Origin: a virus | Lineage: Duplodnaviria; Heunggongvirae; Uroviricota; Caudoviricetes | IMG/VR virus record: IMGVR_UViG_3300032007_000008 | Strand: one strand, 5' to 3' | DNA: 64,000 nucleotides | Shown: positions 8,816-19,094 of the stretch, in pieces | Layout of the letters: each line of letters opens with the position of its first letter | Position numbering within the stretch: the stretch's first letter is position 1 | Position numbers and translations under genes: made by a program | The notes under the pieces: model-generated | What the model saw: the letters and a program-made list of their open reading frames with translations, nothing else | Database searches by the model: none | Told to the model about the DNA's origin: nothing

Positions 8816-10771
8816 ATGAGCACCACCATAGACATTACAGACAAGATTTGCCAAATAAAAGAAGCTAATAAGGCGTACAGATGCGGCGTACCAATCATGA
8901 GCGACACGGATTACGATAATCTCGTGGACGAGGTTGCGTCTGCCATGGGCAAGGATTTCGAGTCAATCAGAAATACTCTTACTGAAGAAAAAGGCAGTGT
9001 TCATCATCCATATGCGATGGGGTCTTTGGGGAAAATAAAGGCATATGACGACGAATCTCCTATAAAAAAGTGGATTTACAACCATATACCAGACAACGGT
9101 GATGGAACAGAGGGAATGTTTGTGTCTTCCAAAATAGATGGATGTTCGGCAAGGCTTACATATAAAAACGGCATATTGGTGGGTGCTTCTACACGTGGCG
9201 ATGGTTCTGATGGCGTTGACATACTGCATAAGGTTTCGATGTTCGTAGATACGAAGATAGCAAAAACGTTCAGCGGTGACATACGTGGAGAAATCACTCT
9301 TACAAGAGAGACTCTTGAGCAACTGTCCTCATTTAACGGCAAAACATACAAAAACTTGAGAAATGCCACAGTCGGTTTGATAAATTCAACAGACGCTTCT
9401 GATGAGGAATATTCGTTTTTGCGGTTTTTCCCATATGAGATAATGGGACATACCGGCATGACGAAGGGCGAGCAGTTCAAGAAACTTAAAGCGTTGGGAT
9501 TTACTACTGCGCTTTATCGCGAGTTTACAGATATCTACAATTCGGCATTCAATGCGAAGGATGCATATGACGATGCTTTGATGGCGATATATAATTCGTT
9601 TTCAGAGGAAGCTCCATTCGACATAGATGGATTGGTAATTTCGGATTTAAGGGATAATGAGGTGTTTGAAGACCAATTCATTCCTGAAAAAACCGTTGCC
9701 GTAAAGTTCAATCAGATGACTGCCGAATCGACTCTTATTGACATACAGTGGAGGCAGTCGAAATCTGGGAAGCTGCATCCTGTTGGAATAATCGAACCAG
9801 TGGTTCTTGGGGGTGCAGAAGTTGTCGCGGTCACGTTGAACAATCTAAGATATATCAAAGAGCTTGGCGTAAAGTATGGTTGCCGTGTGAATGTCCTTAA
9901 GTCAGGCGACATAATCCCAAAGATAGTTGGAGTTTCGCATCCAAATCCAGAAATAGAGACGGATATCATATATCCAGAATATTGTCCTTCGTGTGGAAGT
10001 GAGCTTTCATACGATGTAGACCCTCTGTTTCCGATGTGCGAGAATGAAAAATGCGTTGGTGTTCTTGCAAGTAGGATTCTCCATTTTCTCAGAAAGCTGA
10101 ATATCAAGCACCTTAGCCTGAAAACTATCAAAAAATTCAGATTGTTTTCGATATCTGACATTTTGAACATACAACCAGATGGAAGTGCGGTAAAGGCAAC
10201 TTTCATAAAAGATTTGGATTCGAGGATGTTTGGAGTCGATAAAGAGACTCTTCTTACGGCATTTGACTATGATGGAGTTTCCGAAAAGATAATAGAGAAA
10301 ATGCTCGGCCATTACGGATACGACTCTCTTTTGAATTCTACAGCCGAAGAGCTTAAAAAATCCCTCCCATACGGAGTAGGCGACAAGTTCATAGACAAGT
10401 TCAAAAATGGCTGGGAGCGATGCAAGGACGACTATAACCGTATAATTTCAGACAGCAGATATCATGGACAGAATGTCGTCAAGAGCAAAGTTACTGCTAT
10501 AAGCGGCATTTTGGGCGGAAAAGGATTTGTGGTTACTGGCGATTTGAAAACTATGGGAAGAGAGGAATTCAAGAAAACCGTCATAGAGAATGGCGGAGTT
10601 TACCAGTCTGGAATATCGAAGAAGACTGCGTTCCTTGTCACCAACGACGCATCCACAGGCACTACAAAAATAAAGAAGGCCAAAGACCTTGGCGTTCAAA
10701 TCATAAACGAGGAAAAGTTCCTGAACATGATTCAGCACGGAAACGGAAATTCAGATTTTTCTATTTTTTGA
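8816..10771 (+). CDS. ligA: NAD-dependent DNA ligase
   Basis: MSDTDYD, KIDG, STRGDG, RGE, NLRNA, DGLV, AVKF, SGDIIP, Zn finger CPSC...C, C-terminal BRCT (FVVTG...KKAKDLGV). Confidence 0.95.
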   Translation: MSTTIDITDKICQIKEANKAYRCGVPIMSDTDYDNLVDEVASAMGKDFESIRNTLTEEKGSVHHPYAMGSLGKIKAYDDESPIKKWIYNHIPDNGDGTEGMFVSSKIDGCSARLTYKNGILVGASTRGDGSDGVDILHKVSMFVDTKIAKTFSGDIRGEITLTRETLEQLSSFNGKTYKNLRNATVGLINSTDASDEEYSFLRFFPYEIMGHTGMTKGEQFKKLKALGFTTALYREFTDIYNSAFNAKDAYDDALMAIYNSFSEEAPFDIDGLVISDLRDNEVFEDQFIPEKTVAVKFNQMTAESTLIDIQWRQSKSGKLHPVGIIEPVVLGGAEVVAVTLNNLRYIKELGVKYGCRVNVLKSGDIIPKIVGVSHPNPEIETDIIYPEYCPSCGSELSYDVDPLFPMCENEKCVGVLASRILHFLRKLNIKHLSLKTIKKFRLFSISDILNIQPDGSAVKATFIKDLDSRMFGVDKETLLTAFDYDGVSEKIIEKMLGHYGYDSLLNSTAEELKKSLPYGVGDKFIDKFKNGWERCKDDYNRIISDSRYHGQNVVKSKVTAISGILGGKGFVVTGDLKTMGREEFKKTVIENGGVYQSGISKKTAFLVTNDASTGTTKIKKAKDLGVQIINEEKFLNMIQHGNGNSDFSIF

Positions 10772-11067
10772 TGGACAATAACAGCGATATACCGGGTTTC
10801 GACCCAAAGTTTGACGAACTTCTCGTAGTAAACAAGCTCTTTTATGGAAAGATAGAGCGTGTTACGAGAGATTTCTATAAGGTATACGTTCGCAAATGCA
10901 ACGAATACAACTGCTATATGAACTTCTTTGAGGTTTTGTACGCATATCTAATAGGGTGTGGGTTCAAGCATAAGAAGATAGAAAAATACGTTGACATGGT
11001 TAGCGAAAAGATACACGAAAGACTTTCTGAATCTGGTGGCGGAAATTCAACAGAGGAATCTGAATGA
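10771..11067 (+). CDS. hypothetical protein
   Basis: ORF coupled to the ligA stop. Confidence 0.5.
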   Translation: MDNNSDIPGFDPKFDELLVVNKLFYGKIERVTRDFYKVYVRKCNEYNCYMNFFEVLYAYLIGCGFKHKKIEKYVDMVSEKIHERLSESGGGNSTEESE

Positions 11068-11663
11068 AAATTAAAGCCATAGATGCGTCTCTCATAGCTG
11101 ACAAGGCGTTGGATATATATTCCTCTAGGGTTATGAAATTCCACGTAACCGCAACAGCTATCAAAAACCGTTCATCTAGCACAAAATCTTCAGTATTGAA
11201 GATATTCGACGAAGTGATGGATGCGGTTGTAGACGAATGTCGAGGAGTATATGACAAGGTTATCGTATGCGTAGGCTGCTTTCCATTGATGCGAATGAAG
11301 TCGTCTCCATCGCTGATGACTCGGCTCATATGTAAAAACAGCATATTTTTAAGAGAGCATGGGGTAAGTTCAAACCAGTTTCTCGATTATTTCGAGAAAT
11401 ACATACAGATGAAATGCCAATCTGAAAAAACAGAGCATTATGATGGTTATGTTGTGTTTTTGAAAGACAAATACACTTTTTGCTCGGAATGGATGCAGTT
11501 ACTAACAGAGCATTTTGGAAACAGCATTATCGATTTTGCAGAATGCAACCTATTTTCAAATAATCCACGGTTTATTGTGACTATGGAGTCTCAAACTGAA
11601 ATGTTTACCGAGTTTCCAAAAGATATCGAGTATAAAGATAGAAAAATAATAGAATCTATCTAA
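11064..11663 (+). CDS. hypothetical protein
   Basis: 199-aa ORF overlapping the previous stop. Confidence 0.55.
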   Translation: MKIKAIDASLIADKALDIYSSRVMKFHVTATAIKNRSSSTKSSVLKIFDEVMDAVVDECRGVYDKVIVCVGCFPLMRMKSSPSLMTRLICKNSIFLREHGVSSNQFLDYFEKYIQMKCQSEKTEHYDGYVVFLKDKYTFCSEWMQLLTEHFGNSIIDFAECNLFSNNPRFIVTMESQTEMFTEFPKDIEYKDRKIIESI

Positions 11664-11766
11664 AATTGACATAAAAATGCTTTTTGTTTACAGTTTGGAA
11701 AAATAAAAATATGTTCCAAACTTGTAATTTATGCTATACTTGTGCCATTGAGTACGGATATAGTAG

Positions 11767-12600
11767 ATGCAGCATGGAAATTTGAAAGACAAAAAACGAA
11801 AGCGGTCAACAAAGAAAATAGGACTTAGGGAAAGAGACAGCGAAACATACAAAGCTTGGGCTGTGTGTGTAGATAAATTCTTTAGCGGATACAAGAACGT
11901 TAAAGACGAGATGTTTAAGTCTCTCACAAAAGAAGAAGAGCTTGAACTCATAGAAACATACAAAAACGACAGACCTACGCTCGAAGAACGTCTCATACAG
12001 CACAATATATTTTTGGCTGTAAATCTCGCGAGCAAATATTCTTCATACGGTACCGACTATGACGACATCTTGTCCTCCGCAATGTATGGCCTAAATGTTG
12101 CGGCGAGAAAATTCGACATAAAGAGAGGAACCAAGTTTTCAACACATGCCGTGTGGTGGATTAGAAAATACATTCTGATGGCGACTACAGGCAATCGATA
12201 CAACAAGAACATAGGCTCAAAGGTATCAATATATCTCGATTCTCCGGAATTCAACAGCGAAAGAGATGAAGAAAATTACAACTATTCTACATTCTCCGAG
12301 TTAATAGAACCTTCATTTTCACACACTTTCACCGATGCCAAGACCCCATATGAAAAAATAGCCGAACAGGAAATATTGTTCGACAATAGCAAATTGATAG
12401 ACAAAATAACAAAATCGGTAAGCGCAAGCTCTCTTACAGACAGGGACAAAGACGTATACCAAAAAATGTTTATCGACGGGATGGATTCATCAGACATATC
12501 CGAGCAGCTTGGAATATCAAAACACGCTGTAGCAAAAAGCAGAAGCCGCATAGCTTCATTTATATCTGAAAATTTTTCGAATATTAGGAAGTCCGTATAA
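11767..12600 (+). CDS. sigma-70-family RNA polymerase sigma factor
   Basis: Region 2 LIQHNIFLAVNLASKY...DDILSSAMYGL..AARKFD..RGTKFSTHAVWWIR; region 4 HTH SDISEQLGISKHAV. Confidence 0.9.
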   Translation: MQHGNLKDKKRKRSTKKIGLRERDSETYKAWAVCVDKFFSGYKNVKDEMFKSLTKEEELELIETYKNDRPTLEERLIQHNIFLAVNLASKYSSYGTDYDDILSSAMYGLNVAARKFDIKRGTKFSTHAVWWIRKYILMATTGNRYNKNIGSKVSIYLDSPEFNSERDEENYNYSTFSELIEPSFSHTFTDAKTPYEKIAEQEILFDNSKLIDKITKSVSASSLTDRDKDVYQKMFIDGMDSSDISEQLGISKHAVAKSRSRIASFISENFSNIRKSV

Positions 12601-12626
12601 TTTCATCATAACGGACACTAATATTC

Positions 12627-13856
12627 ATGGACGAACAGAAAAAAGACAAAGAAGACGAGATTCAGTCTTCCCCATTTTGTGTAAATATCTTCCCGGCAGA
12701 CGCCACAGGATGTGACTTCTACAGGAATTTCGCACCAAGAGAAACGGTAGAGCACTGCATAGGCGACGTTACGTTTAACACGTGCCGAAAGTTCACTATA
12801 GACATGAACTTCTTCAAAGGTGTAAATGTAAACGTTCTACAGCGACAGGTATCGGACGCGCAGTGTGAATACTATCTAAAGTTCATAATACCCATGAGCA
12901 GACGCTGCGGCTCTTGGATTGTCTACAACATAGACGATTGCATACACAAGGACGATATCCCTGAATACAACAAAGCTTGGGAGGCTTATCAGTCAGATGG
13001 CTACATGGAAAACATCAAGCGAATGGTAAACGCCTCCGACTTTCTTCTTGTTACTACCGATGAGCTTGGAAAATACTATACTGAAAGGTTTGGAGTCAGT
13101 GACGAGAATATCATCGTTATACCCAACTACGTTCCATATTGGTGGATTGGACATTTCTACGACCTTGAAAAGCGGATTAAATCCTTTAATGAAAATGTAA
13201 TCAAGAACCATAAGCCAAGGATAGCACTTATAGGGGCGCCAGCCCACTATGATACGAACAAGAAGGGTCTTCCGAACGACATAACTCCAATATTGGATTA
13301 CGTCAAGAAGACTTCGAAAGACTATCAATGGGTTATATTCGGTTCGACCATCCCTGAATTGCAGGAGTATGTTGACCGCAAGGAGATGGAATACTATCGT
13401 GGAATAGACATTCTGCATTATCCTGACGCTTTGAGCAAGTTGAACCTACAGTACATAGTTGCGCCTCTCGCAGATAACGTTTTTAATCGCTGTAAGTCAA
13501 ACATAAAGCTGACAGAATCATGGGCATTGGGCGTAGGCTGTGCGGGACAGAATATATGTACGTACAACAAATATACAAAGGATGTGTTCGACAATGGAGA
13601 TTCTCTCGATGCCATTCTCAAGAGAGACCTTGCGTCCGAAGATGCATTTGCCAAAAAGCTTGAGGAAAACCACAATCAGATGCAGAATTGGTGGCTTGAG
13701 AATCACTTGGGGGATTGGGTTAACCTATATCACCTTAGACAAAAGCCATTGGTGTTCAACTATGACCAGGCACGTGCATCCGAGGAGGCCAAGAAGAGGC
13801 TTGACAGTGCAAATTCGACAAATGGCGTTGTCGCTCCAAACATATCTGTAAAGTGA
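12627..13856 (+). CDS. GT-B-fold glycosyltransferase
   Basis: GCDFYR, VLQRQ, YNIDD, VIPNYVP, APLADNVFNRCKSNIKLTE. Confidence 0.7.
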   Translation: MDEQKKDKEDEIQSSPFCVNIFPADATGCDFYRNFAPRETVEHCIGDVTFNTCRKFTIDMNFFKGVNVNVLQRQVSDAQCEYYLKFIIPMSRRCGSWIVYNIDDCIHKDDIPEYNKAWEAYQSDGYMENIKRMVNASDFLLVTTDELGKYYTERFGVSDENIIVIPNYVPYWWIGHFYDLEKRIKSFNENVIKNHKPRIALIGAPAHYDTNKKGLPNDITPILDYVKKTSKDYQWVIFGSTIPELQEYVDRKEMEYYRGIDILHYPDALSKLNLQYIVAPLADNVFNRCKSNIKLTESWALGVGCAGQNICTYNKYTKDVFDNGDSLDAILKRDLASEDAFAKKLEENHNQMQNWWLENHLGDWVNLYHLRQKPLVFNYDQARASEEAKKRLDSANSTNGVVAPNISVK

Positions 13857-13864
13857 GGTTAAAA

Positions 13865-14803
13865 ATGGAAAACAGAGTATATGTAATCTTAAACGGAAAG
13901 CGCGACCTTTCAAAGGTAGCAGAAAACCTTAAGCAGCTTTTCAATGATGGAAATACAGTTCTTCTATATACAAAAAGCGAACTGTCCGAGGTTAAATCCG
14001 TATTTGAAGAGAAACTTGAAATATCTCAGGAATCATTCGATGCCGTGGCCACATATGTCAAGTTCAACGAATACAACGCAGATGATTTTAAAGATGGAAA
14101 GTCTAAGAAGATTGTTGTTGTAAAAATGCCTCAGTCATTGTTCAAGTCCATACCACATGCATTGAACAGCATCATAAAGTTTGCAACATCTACTGGCATA
14201 GGGAGATTTGTCCATTTCTTCTATGACGACCTCAAGATTCCGACGGGAAAGACGTATGACCCATCCGCATACGAATGGTATATGGACATGTTCAACGAAC
14301 CATTCGTTCTCGACGCGAAGTTGAATAGGGCGAATTTTTCATTCAAGAAACTGTCGCCAAGATTCATATTCGTATCGAAAGAGTTGAAGTCGCCAGTCTC
14401 ATTCTACCAGTTTGAGGGAAAAGACCATTTCATAATTGATGTGGAGCATTTCAGCTCAAATTTCGATGAAAAGCTCAAGCGTCTGTACATGATTGAATAC
14501 ATTATTCGAGCGCATAGTGAAGGTTTTGTAAAGCACATGACGTTTTACCCAGACCCAGTTCTCGAAGAAACTGTAGTTCGCGATACAGAAATTCCATCAG
14601 CAGTAGCAACCGAAGACATCATGAAAGAGTATCAGTCTGATGATGTATACATACGTGAAACTCTTAAGCTTTCTATAAAGGCCGAATCATCTGTTGACCC
14701 AATCATAAATTACATGACCGGCATAATAAGGAAGAATGAGAAGCCTTTCGAGAAAACTGAAATGGATTCAAAAGCAGAAGTAGTCGTGCCTGAGGTCGTA
14801 TAA
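13865..14803 (+). CDS. hypothetical protein
   Basis: Long ORF in the same operon; HFFYDD faintly GT-A-like. Confidence 0.55.
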   Translation: MENRVYVILNGKRDLSKVAENLKQLFNDGNTVLLYTKSELSEVKSVFEEKLEISQESFDAVATYVKFNEYNADDFKDGKSKKIVVVKMPQSLFKSIPHALNSIIKFATSTGIGRFVHFFYDDLKIPTGKTYDPSAYEWYMDMFNEPFVLDAKLNRANFSFKKLSPRFIFVSKELKSPVSFYQFEGKDHFIIDVEHFSSNFDEKLKRLYMIEYIIRAHSEGFVKHMTFYPDPVLEETVVRDTEIPSAVATEDIMKEYQSDDVYIRETLKLSIKAESSVDPIINYMTGIIRKNEKPFEKTEMDSKAEVVVPEVV

Positions 14804-15624
14804 TGCGGAAGAAGAAAAACAGATTCGATGATATCGACAGTGAGGAACTTTACGAAACGGAATCCTCGCCGTCCGAAGATGATTGCTTGAAACTGGATGA
14901 TTGTGTGGATGGAGATGACGACGATTCTGCTGAATCGTCAACATCCTTCTCATTCGACAGATATGGGAGCAGAATATCAGAGATGGAATCTACCGACGAC
15001 ATGGATTCCGAAGACGACGACGAAAAGCCGAAAGAAGATACAGACATAGACCCAACCAGATTTGGTCTAAAACCATGTAAGCCGAAAAATATATACTGCG
15101 ATAACAAGGAACTTATAGAGGAAATCAGGAAATACCAGAACGACGGCGTTGCCACGGAAAAACTTGGAGAGCTTATCATAAAGATAGCTTTGCATATGAC
15201 TACAATGGTTAGGTTCTGGAGGTATTCCCACGGAATCAAAGAGGAACTTGCCCAAAACGCGATATACAGGATGCTTTTATCGGTACCGAAGTTTAATCTG
15301 AAAAACGACAAGTCGAATGCGTTTGGGTATCTGTCCATGATTTCCTATAGGGAAATGCTGCATACACTGAAGAAGCATTTTAAGCAAAACAAGGTAAGAG
15401 ATGTTTTGGCCGATGCGTATTTGACAAAACTGTCGGAGAATCCGAATGACGAGAGAATCGGAATGCTTAGGCAGACTCTGCAAAGGTCCGAAGAGTACAA
15501 TGCGTTCATGAAAAACAAAAATTCCTCGGAAAAGGAAGTTGACATGTTTGCATTGTCAAGGCCGGAGCAAGAACGCAGGTACAAGGAATCCATAAAGAAA
15601 AAACGGACAAAAATCACTAAATAA
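14803..15624 (+). CDS. late-transcription sigma factor (T4 gp55-like) with acidic N-terminal extension
   Basis: YCDNKELIEEI...LGELIIKIA...F..YS...KEELAQNAI...KFN...SNAFGYLSMI. Confidence 0.8.
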   Translation: MRKKKNRFDDIDSEELYETESSPSEDDCLKLDDCVDGDDDDSAESSTSFSFDRYGSRISEMESTDDMDSEDDDEKPKEDTDIDPTRFGLKPCKPKNIYCDNKELIEEIRKYQNDGVATEKLGELIIKIALHMTTMVRFWRYSHGIKEELAQNAIYRMLLSVPKFNLKNDKSNAFGYLSMISYREMLHTLKKHFKQNKVRDVLADAYLTKLSENPNDERIGMLRQTLQRSEEYNAFMKNKNSSEKEVDMFALSRPEQERRYKESIKKKRTKITK

Positions 15625-15628
15625 TGAT

Positions 15629-16108
15629 GTGAGCTATCGCAATTACAAGCATGTCGTGGAATGCGCAGGCGTCGCGCTGGTTAATGATGGGCGGATATTT
15701 CTAATCCGTCCATTTTACAACTATCGCCCGCAAAGCTATGCCATTCCAAAAGGACATCTTGAAGATGGCGAAAGCTCTCAAGAATGTGCAAAGAGGGAGT
15801 TTTTTGAAGAAACCGGAATAAGTCTTGAGGGCAAAAAACTCGAATTTCTAACATACGTATACACAAAAATAAGCGTAAACAGCGTAAAACGAGTGGTCGT
15901 ATACAAGGCCGAAGGAAATGGAAACGAGAAATTCCGTGGGGCAAATCTTACAAAAAGCGGTGCTCCTGAAAACATATACGGCGAATACATAGCATATGAG
16001 GCAGCAAAAGACGTTATAGCTGGATATCAAATACCAATAATAACGAAACTTATGGAAAACGAAGTATCGTCGTTTGACAAATTTTATACAAGAAAGCTGG
16101 GATTCTGA
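15629..16108 (+). CDS. Nudix hydrolase
   Basis: Nudix box PKGHLEDGESSQECAKREFFEETG. Confidence 0.9.
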   Translation: MSYRNYKHVVECAGVALVNDGRIFLIRPFYNYRPQSYAIPKGHLEDGESSQECAKREFFEETGISLEGKKLEFLTYVYTKISVNSVKRVVVYKAEGNGNEKFRGANLTKSGAPENIYGEYIAYEAAKDVIAGYQIPIITKLMENEVSSFDKFYTRKLGF

Positions 16109-16109
16109 C

Positions 16110-16265
16110 ATGAAAAAGACTATAATAATTGCAATACTATCGATTGCATTCTGCTTTTGCGGATGCAAAGCCAACAAGACTGAGCCTGTAACGCCAGAAC
16201 CTCAGCCAACAGTGGAAGCCAACGAACCACAGCTTCCGCAGCAGAAGCCTTGGTGGGTTCTTTAA
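16110..16265 (+). CDS. small Pro-rich lipoprotein
   Basis: MKKTIIIAILSIAFCFCGC signal/lipobox. Confidence 0.6.
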   Translation: MKKTIIIAILSIAFCFCGCKANKTEPVTPEPQPTVEANEPQLPQQKPWWVL

Positions 16266-16277
16266 GGAGACAAAACA

Positions 16278-17054
16278 ATGAACATCATAAAATTTCTATT
16301 ACCGTTCCTGTCAAACGATGATTCCTCTGATTCTTCGAAATCAGCATCCACAGACGAGGAGTTTGCAAAACTTCACAAAGTGGGTTTCTGCAAGATTCCC
16401 ACAGACATAGACGAGCTTCCTGCGCTAAAGGCTTCATCGTCGCGATTCATAGCACCTGCCACAATAGACCTTCGCGACTACTGCACTAAGACTGAAGACC
16501 AGGGTTCGAAACCTTGGTGTGCGGCATATACTGCCGCGCAGTGGTGCGAAAACATCAAGTGGAGGATAAACGACTATCCAGAAAACGTAGACCCTACGTG
16601 GATTTACTCGTATGCCAAAAGCATTGACGGAGACCCAAAAGGGGACGGGACGACACTTGTTGCTGTTCTCAAAGCACTTTTGTACAAAAAGCTTTTTGAC
16701 GAAAAGCTGTGCAAGATTAAGGTAATATCTAAAGGCTCGTCTGCACGTAGCAATGTAAAATATGCGATACATAAGTTTGGCTGCATACTTGGAGCATTTA
16801 ACATAACGCAGGAATGGTATACTGTTAGAAACGGAAACATGTCTGTAAAAGGCATTAACGGATACGAATCCGTTGGAGGACATGCCGTTCTATTTTGCGG
16901 ATACAATAGAGATGGTGTGATAATACAGAATTCCTGGGGAGAGGGATGGGGTTCTTACGGTTTTGGACTCATCTCATGGAACGCATTCGACCAGCAGTTC
17001 TTGTATGCGGCTGTTTTGAGCAATGCGTTGGACGGTCTTACCTTAAACACTTAA
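16278..17054 (+). CDS. papain-family (C1) cysteine peptidase
   Basis: DLR...DQGSKPWCAAY, GGHAV, IQNSWG. Confidence 0.9.
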   Translation: MNIIKFLLPFLSNDDSSDSSKSASTDEEFAKLHKVGFCKIPTDIDELPALKASSSRFIAPATIDLRDYCTKTEDQGSKPWCAAYTAAQWCENIKWRINDYPENVDPTWIYSYAKSIDGDPKGDGTTLVAVLKALLYKKLFDEKLCKIKVISKGSSARSNVKYAIHKFGCILGAFNITQEWYTVRNGNMSVKGINGYESVGGHAVLFCGYNRDGVIIQNSWGEGWGSYGFGLISWNAFDQQFLYAAVLSNALDGLTLNT

Positions 17055-17075
17055 TCGAAGTTGCATTTCAAAAGT

Positions 17076-17083
17076 CTAAATAG
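17076..17083 (+). promoter_or_regulatory. putative late promoter CTAAATAG
   Basis: Upstream of terminase, within GTCTA-AA-TAGAC. Confidence 0.7.
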
Positions 17084-17107
17084 ACCTATTTTTGAAATTG
17101 TGACATT

Positions 17108-19054
17108 ATGGAAAAAAAGCAGAAAAAGCTGCATCTTGGAGACCAGGAAGGTTTAAAGATTGCAGAATCGGACGAGCGTCTCACAAAAGAAGAGATGCAA
17201 TACAGGGTTCGGGAGCTTGAACGCTGTAGAACCGACATTGACTATTTTGCAAACAACTATTTCCACGTTCTCGACCCGTCTGGTGAAAAGATTCACATAA
17301 AGGTATATCCGAAGCAGAGTGAACTCATACACAAGATACTAGACAACAATCGAGTTATAACATGTTGCGCAAGACAGAACGGAAAAACGACTGCATATGT
17401 CATAATCTGCGTTCACCAGATTCTGTTCCAAAAGAACTTTAATATACTGATAGCTGGAAATAAGGGCGAGACGGCCAGAGACAACCTTGCAAAAATTAAG
17501 GATGGATTTGAGGCACTGCCTAATTGGATGAAACCTCCCATAACAATATGGAATGAGTCCAAAATAAAGTTCAAGAACGGTGTCGTGATAAAAGCCGTCA
17601 CCACGACGGCGAGTACAGGACGTTCCGGTTCCATAGACATGCTCATTCTTGACGAATTTGCATTCGTTCCGAAAAACGTGCAAGAGGAATTCTGGAAAGC
17701 GTCTCTTCCTACAGTTTCCGCAAGACCAAAAGCAAAAATCGTCATAGTTTCGACACCTAACGGAATTGGAGACAAGTTTCACGAGGTTTGGCAGATGGCG
17801 ACATCTGGCAGAAAAACTGGTGACGGTTCAGTATGGATAGCGCATAAAATCGATTGGTGGGAAAGACCAGACAGAGATGAGGCTTGGTACAAGAGGGAGC
17901 TGTCATCGCTTGGCTCGAAAGAGGCGTTTGAACAGGAATACGGAAATTCATTCACCGTTACGGCAGGCAACAAGCTTGTTCCAGACGAACGGCAGCTAGA
18001 ATTAAAGAGTGTATATCAAAACATTGAATATACCGAAACTATAAGAAGAGTTGAACCTAAAAACCCGAACAACGAAAAAACCTACATCGAATATTTTCCG
18101 TATAAGCAAGGAAGAACGTATATAGGAACAGCTGACACTGCTGAGGGTACTGGACAGGATGCATCCGTATTCTATATCATGGACATAACGGAAGGGAATA
18201 GGATATACCTTTGCGCCAAATTCGAATCGGCAAAGATAATACCGTCAGAATACGGAAAGGTGATTTTTCATATATCGGCAAGATATGGAAACCCCCTTCT
18301 GTTTATAGAATCGAACTCCGTAGGCATTGCCGTAATAGACGCTTTGACGAAAACAGGTGTCGTTGATTACATAACAAAAAAGAGGGATTTTTACACAAAC
18401 ATAGCAAGGTACAACAGAAAGAACATGCTTCCAGGTCTTCTGTCGCATCTTCACACAAAGGCAAAGGCATGTCTGAATGCGCAGAGGATAATACAGAACA
18501 AGAACTATCAGCTTATCCTTCCAGACCCTGAGCTGTTCAAGGAACTTGCATTTTTTGAAAAACAGGAAACGTCATATCAGCTCACAGTATACCGCGCTCC
18601 AAGAGGAAAACACGATGACCATGTTCTTGCTTTGATATGGGGTCTTTTCGCATATACGGACGAAATGCTCGACCGATATTTCAATGTTGAAATAACAGAA
18701 GACGAAGAGACCGGAGAACGTTTTCCGTCTCTTATAGTGTATAACAGCGACGACCTAGACGAAGTTAAGTCCAAACTATCGTCTGAAAATTCGCCCATGA
18801 GCAAAGAAGAACGTTTTCAGCTTGCCGCCAAATGGTTCGAAATGGGCGATTCTGCACGTGCAAACTTCATATTGCAGACCATTTTCGACCAAGACGCAGA
18901 AGAGGGGACTGGAATGTGGTGCAACAATCCGTTTCAGGTAGACCCAAGCCGTTTTTCAGATGGTTTGTTCGGAAGACGATACGAGGGAATGGGGCGAAAT
19001 TCAATACAGCGCGAAGTTGTTGACGAAGGAATAGGATTTGGATTTTTATGCTGA
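17108..19054 (+). CDS. terminase large subunit (T4 gp17-like)
   Basis: YFANNY, ARQNGKTT, LILDEFAFV, VSTPNG, FEQEY, ADTAEG.GQD.S, IESN, HDDHV. Confidence 0.95.
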   Translation: MEKKQKKLHLGDQEGLKIAESDERLTKEEMQYRVRELERCRTDIDYFANNYFHVLDPSGEKIHIKVYPKQSELIHKILDNNRVITCCARQNGKTTAYVIICVHQILFQKNFNILIAGNKGETARDNLAKIKDGFEALPNWMKPPITIWNESKIKFKNGVVIKAVTTTASTGRSGSIDMLILDEFAFVPKNVQEEFWKASLPTVSARPKAKIVIVSTPNGIGDKFHEVWQMATSGRKTGDGSVWIAHKIDWWERPDRDEAWYKRELSSLGSKEAFEQEYGNSFTVTAGNKLVPDERQLELKSVYQNIEYTETIRRVEPKNPNNEKTYIEYFPYKQGRTYIGTADTAEGTGQDASVFYIMDITEGNRIYLCAKFESAKIIPSEYGKVIFHISARYGNPLLFIESNSVGIAVIDALTKTGVVDYITKKRDFYTNIARYNRKNMLPGLLSHLHTKAKACLNAQRIIQNKNYQLILPDPELFKELAFFEKQETSYQLTVYRAPRGKHDDHVLALIWGLFAYTDEMLDRYFNVEITEDEETGERFPSLIVYNSDDLDEVKSKLSSENSPMSKEERFQLAAKWFEMGDSARANFILQTIFDQDAEEGTGMWCNNPFQVDPSRFSDGLFGRRYEGMGRNSIQREVVDEGIGFGFLC

Positions 19055-19061
19055 ATTAACA

Positions 19062-19069
19062 CTAAATAG
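19062..19069 (+). promoter_or_regulatory. putative late promoter CTAAATAG
   Basis: CACTA-AA-TAGTG upstream of the neck gene. Confidence 0.7.
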
Positions 19070-19094
19070 TGATTAACGGAATTTTAGTGTTCAA

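Noticed and set aside
17108-19054. Intein or split intein in terminase
   Set aside because: ATPase and nuclease motifs are contiguous with no Hint motifs.
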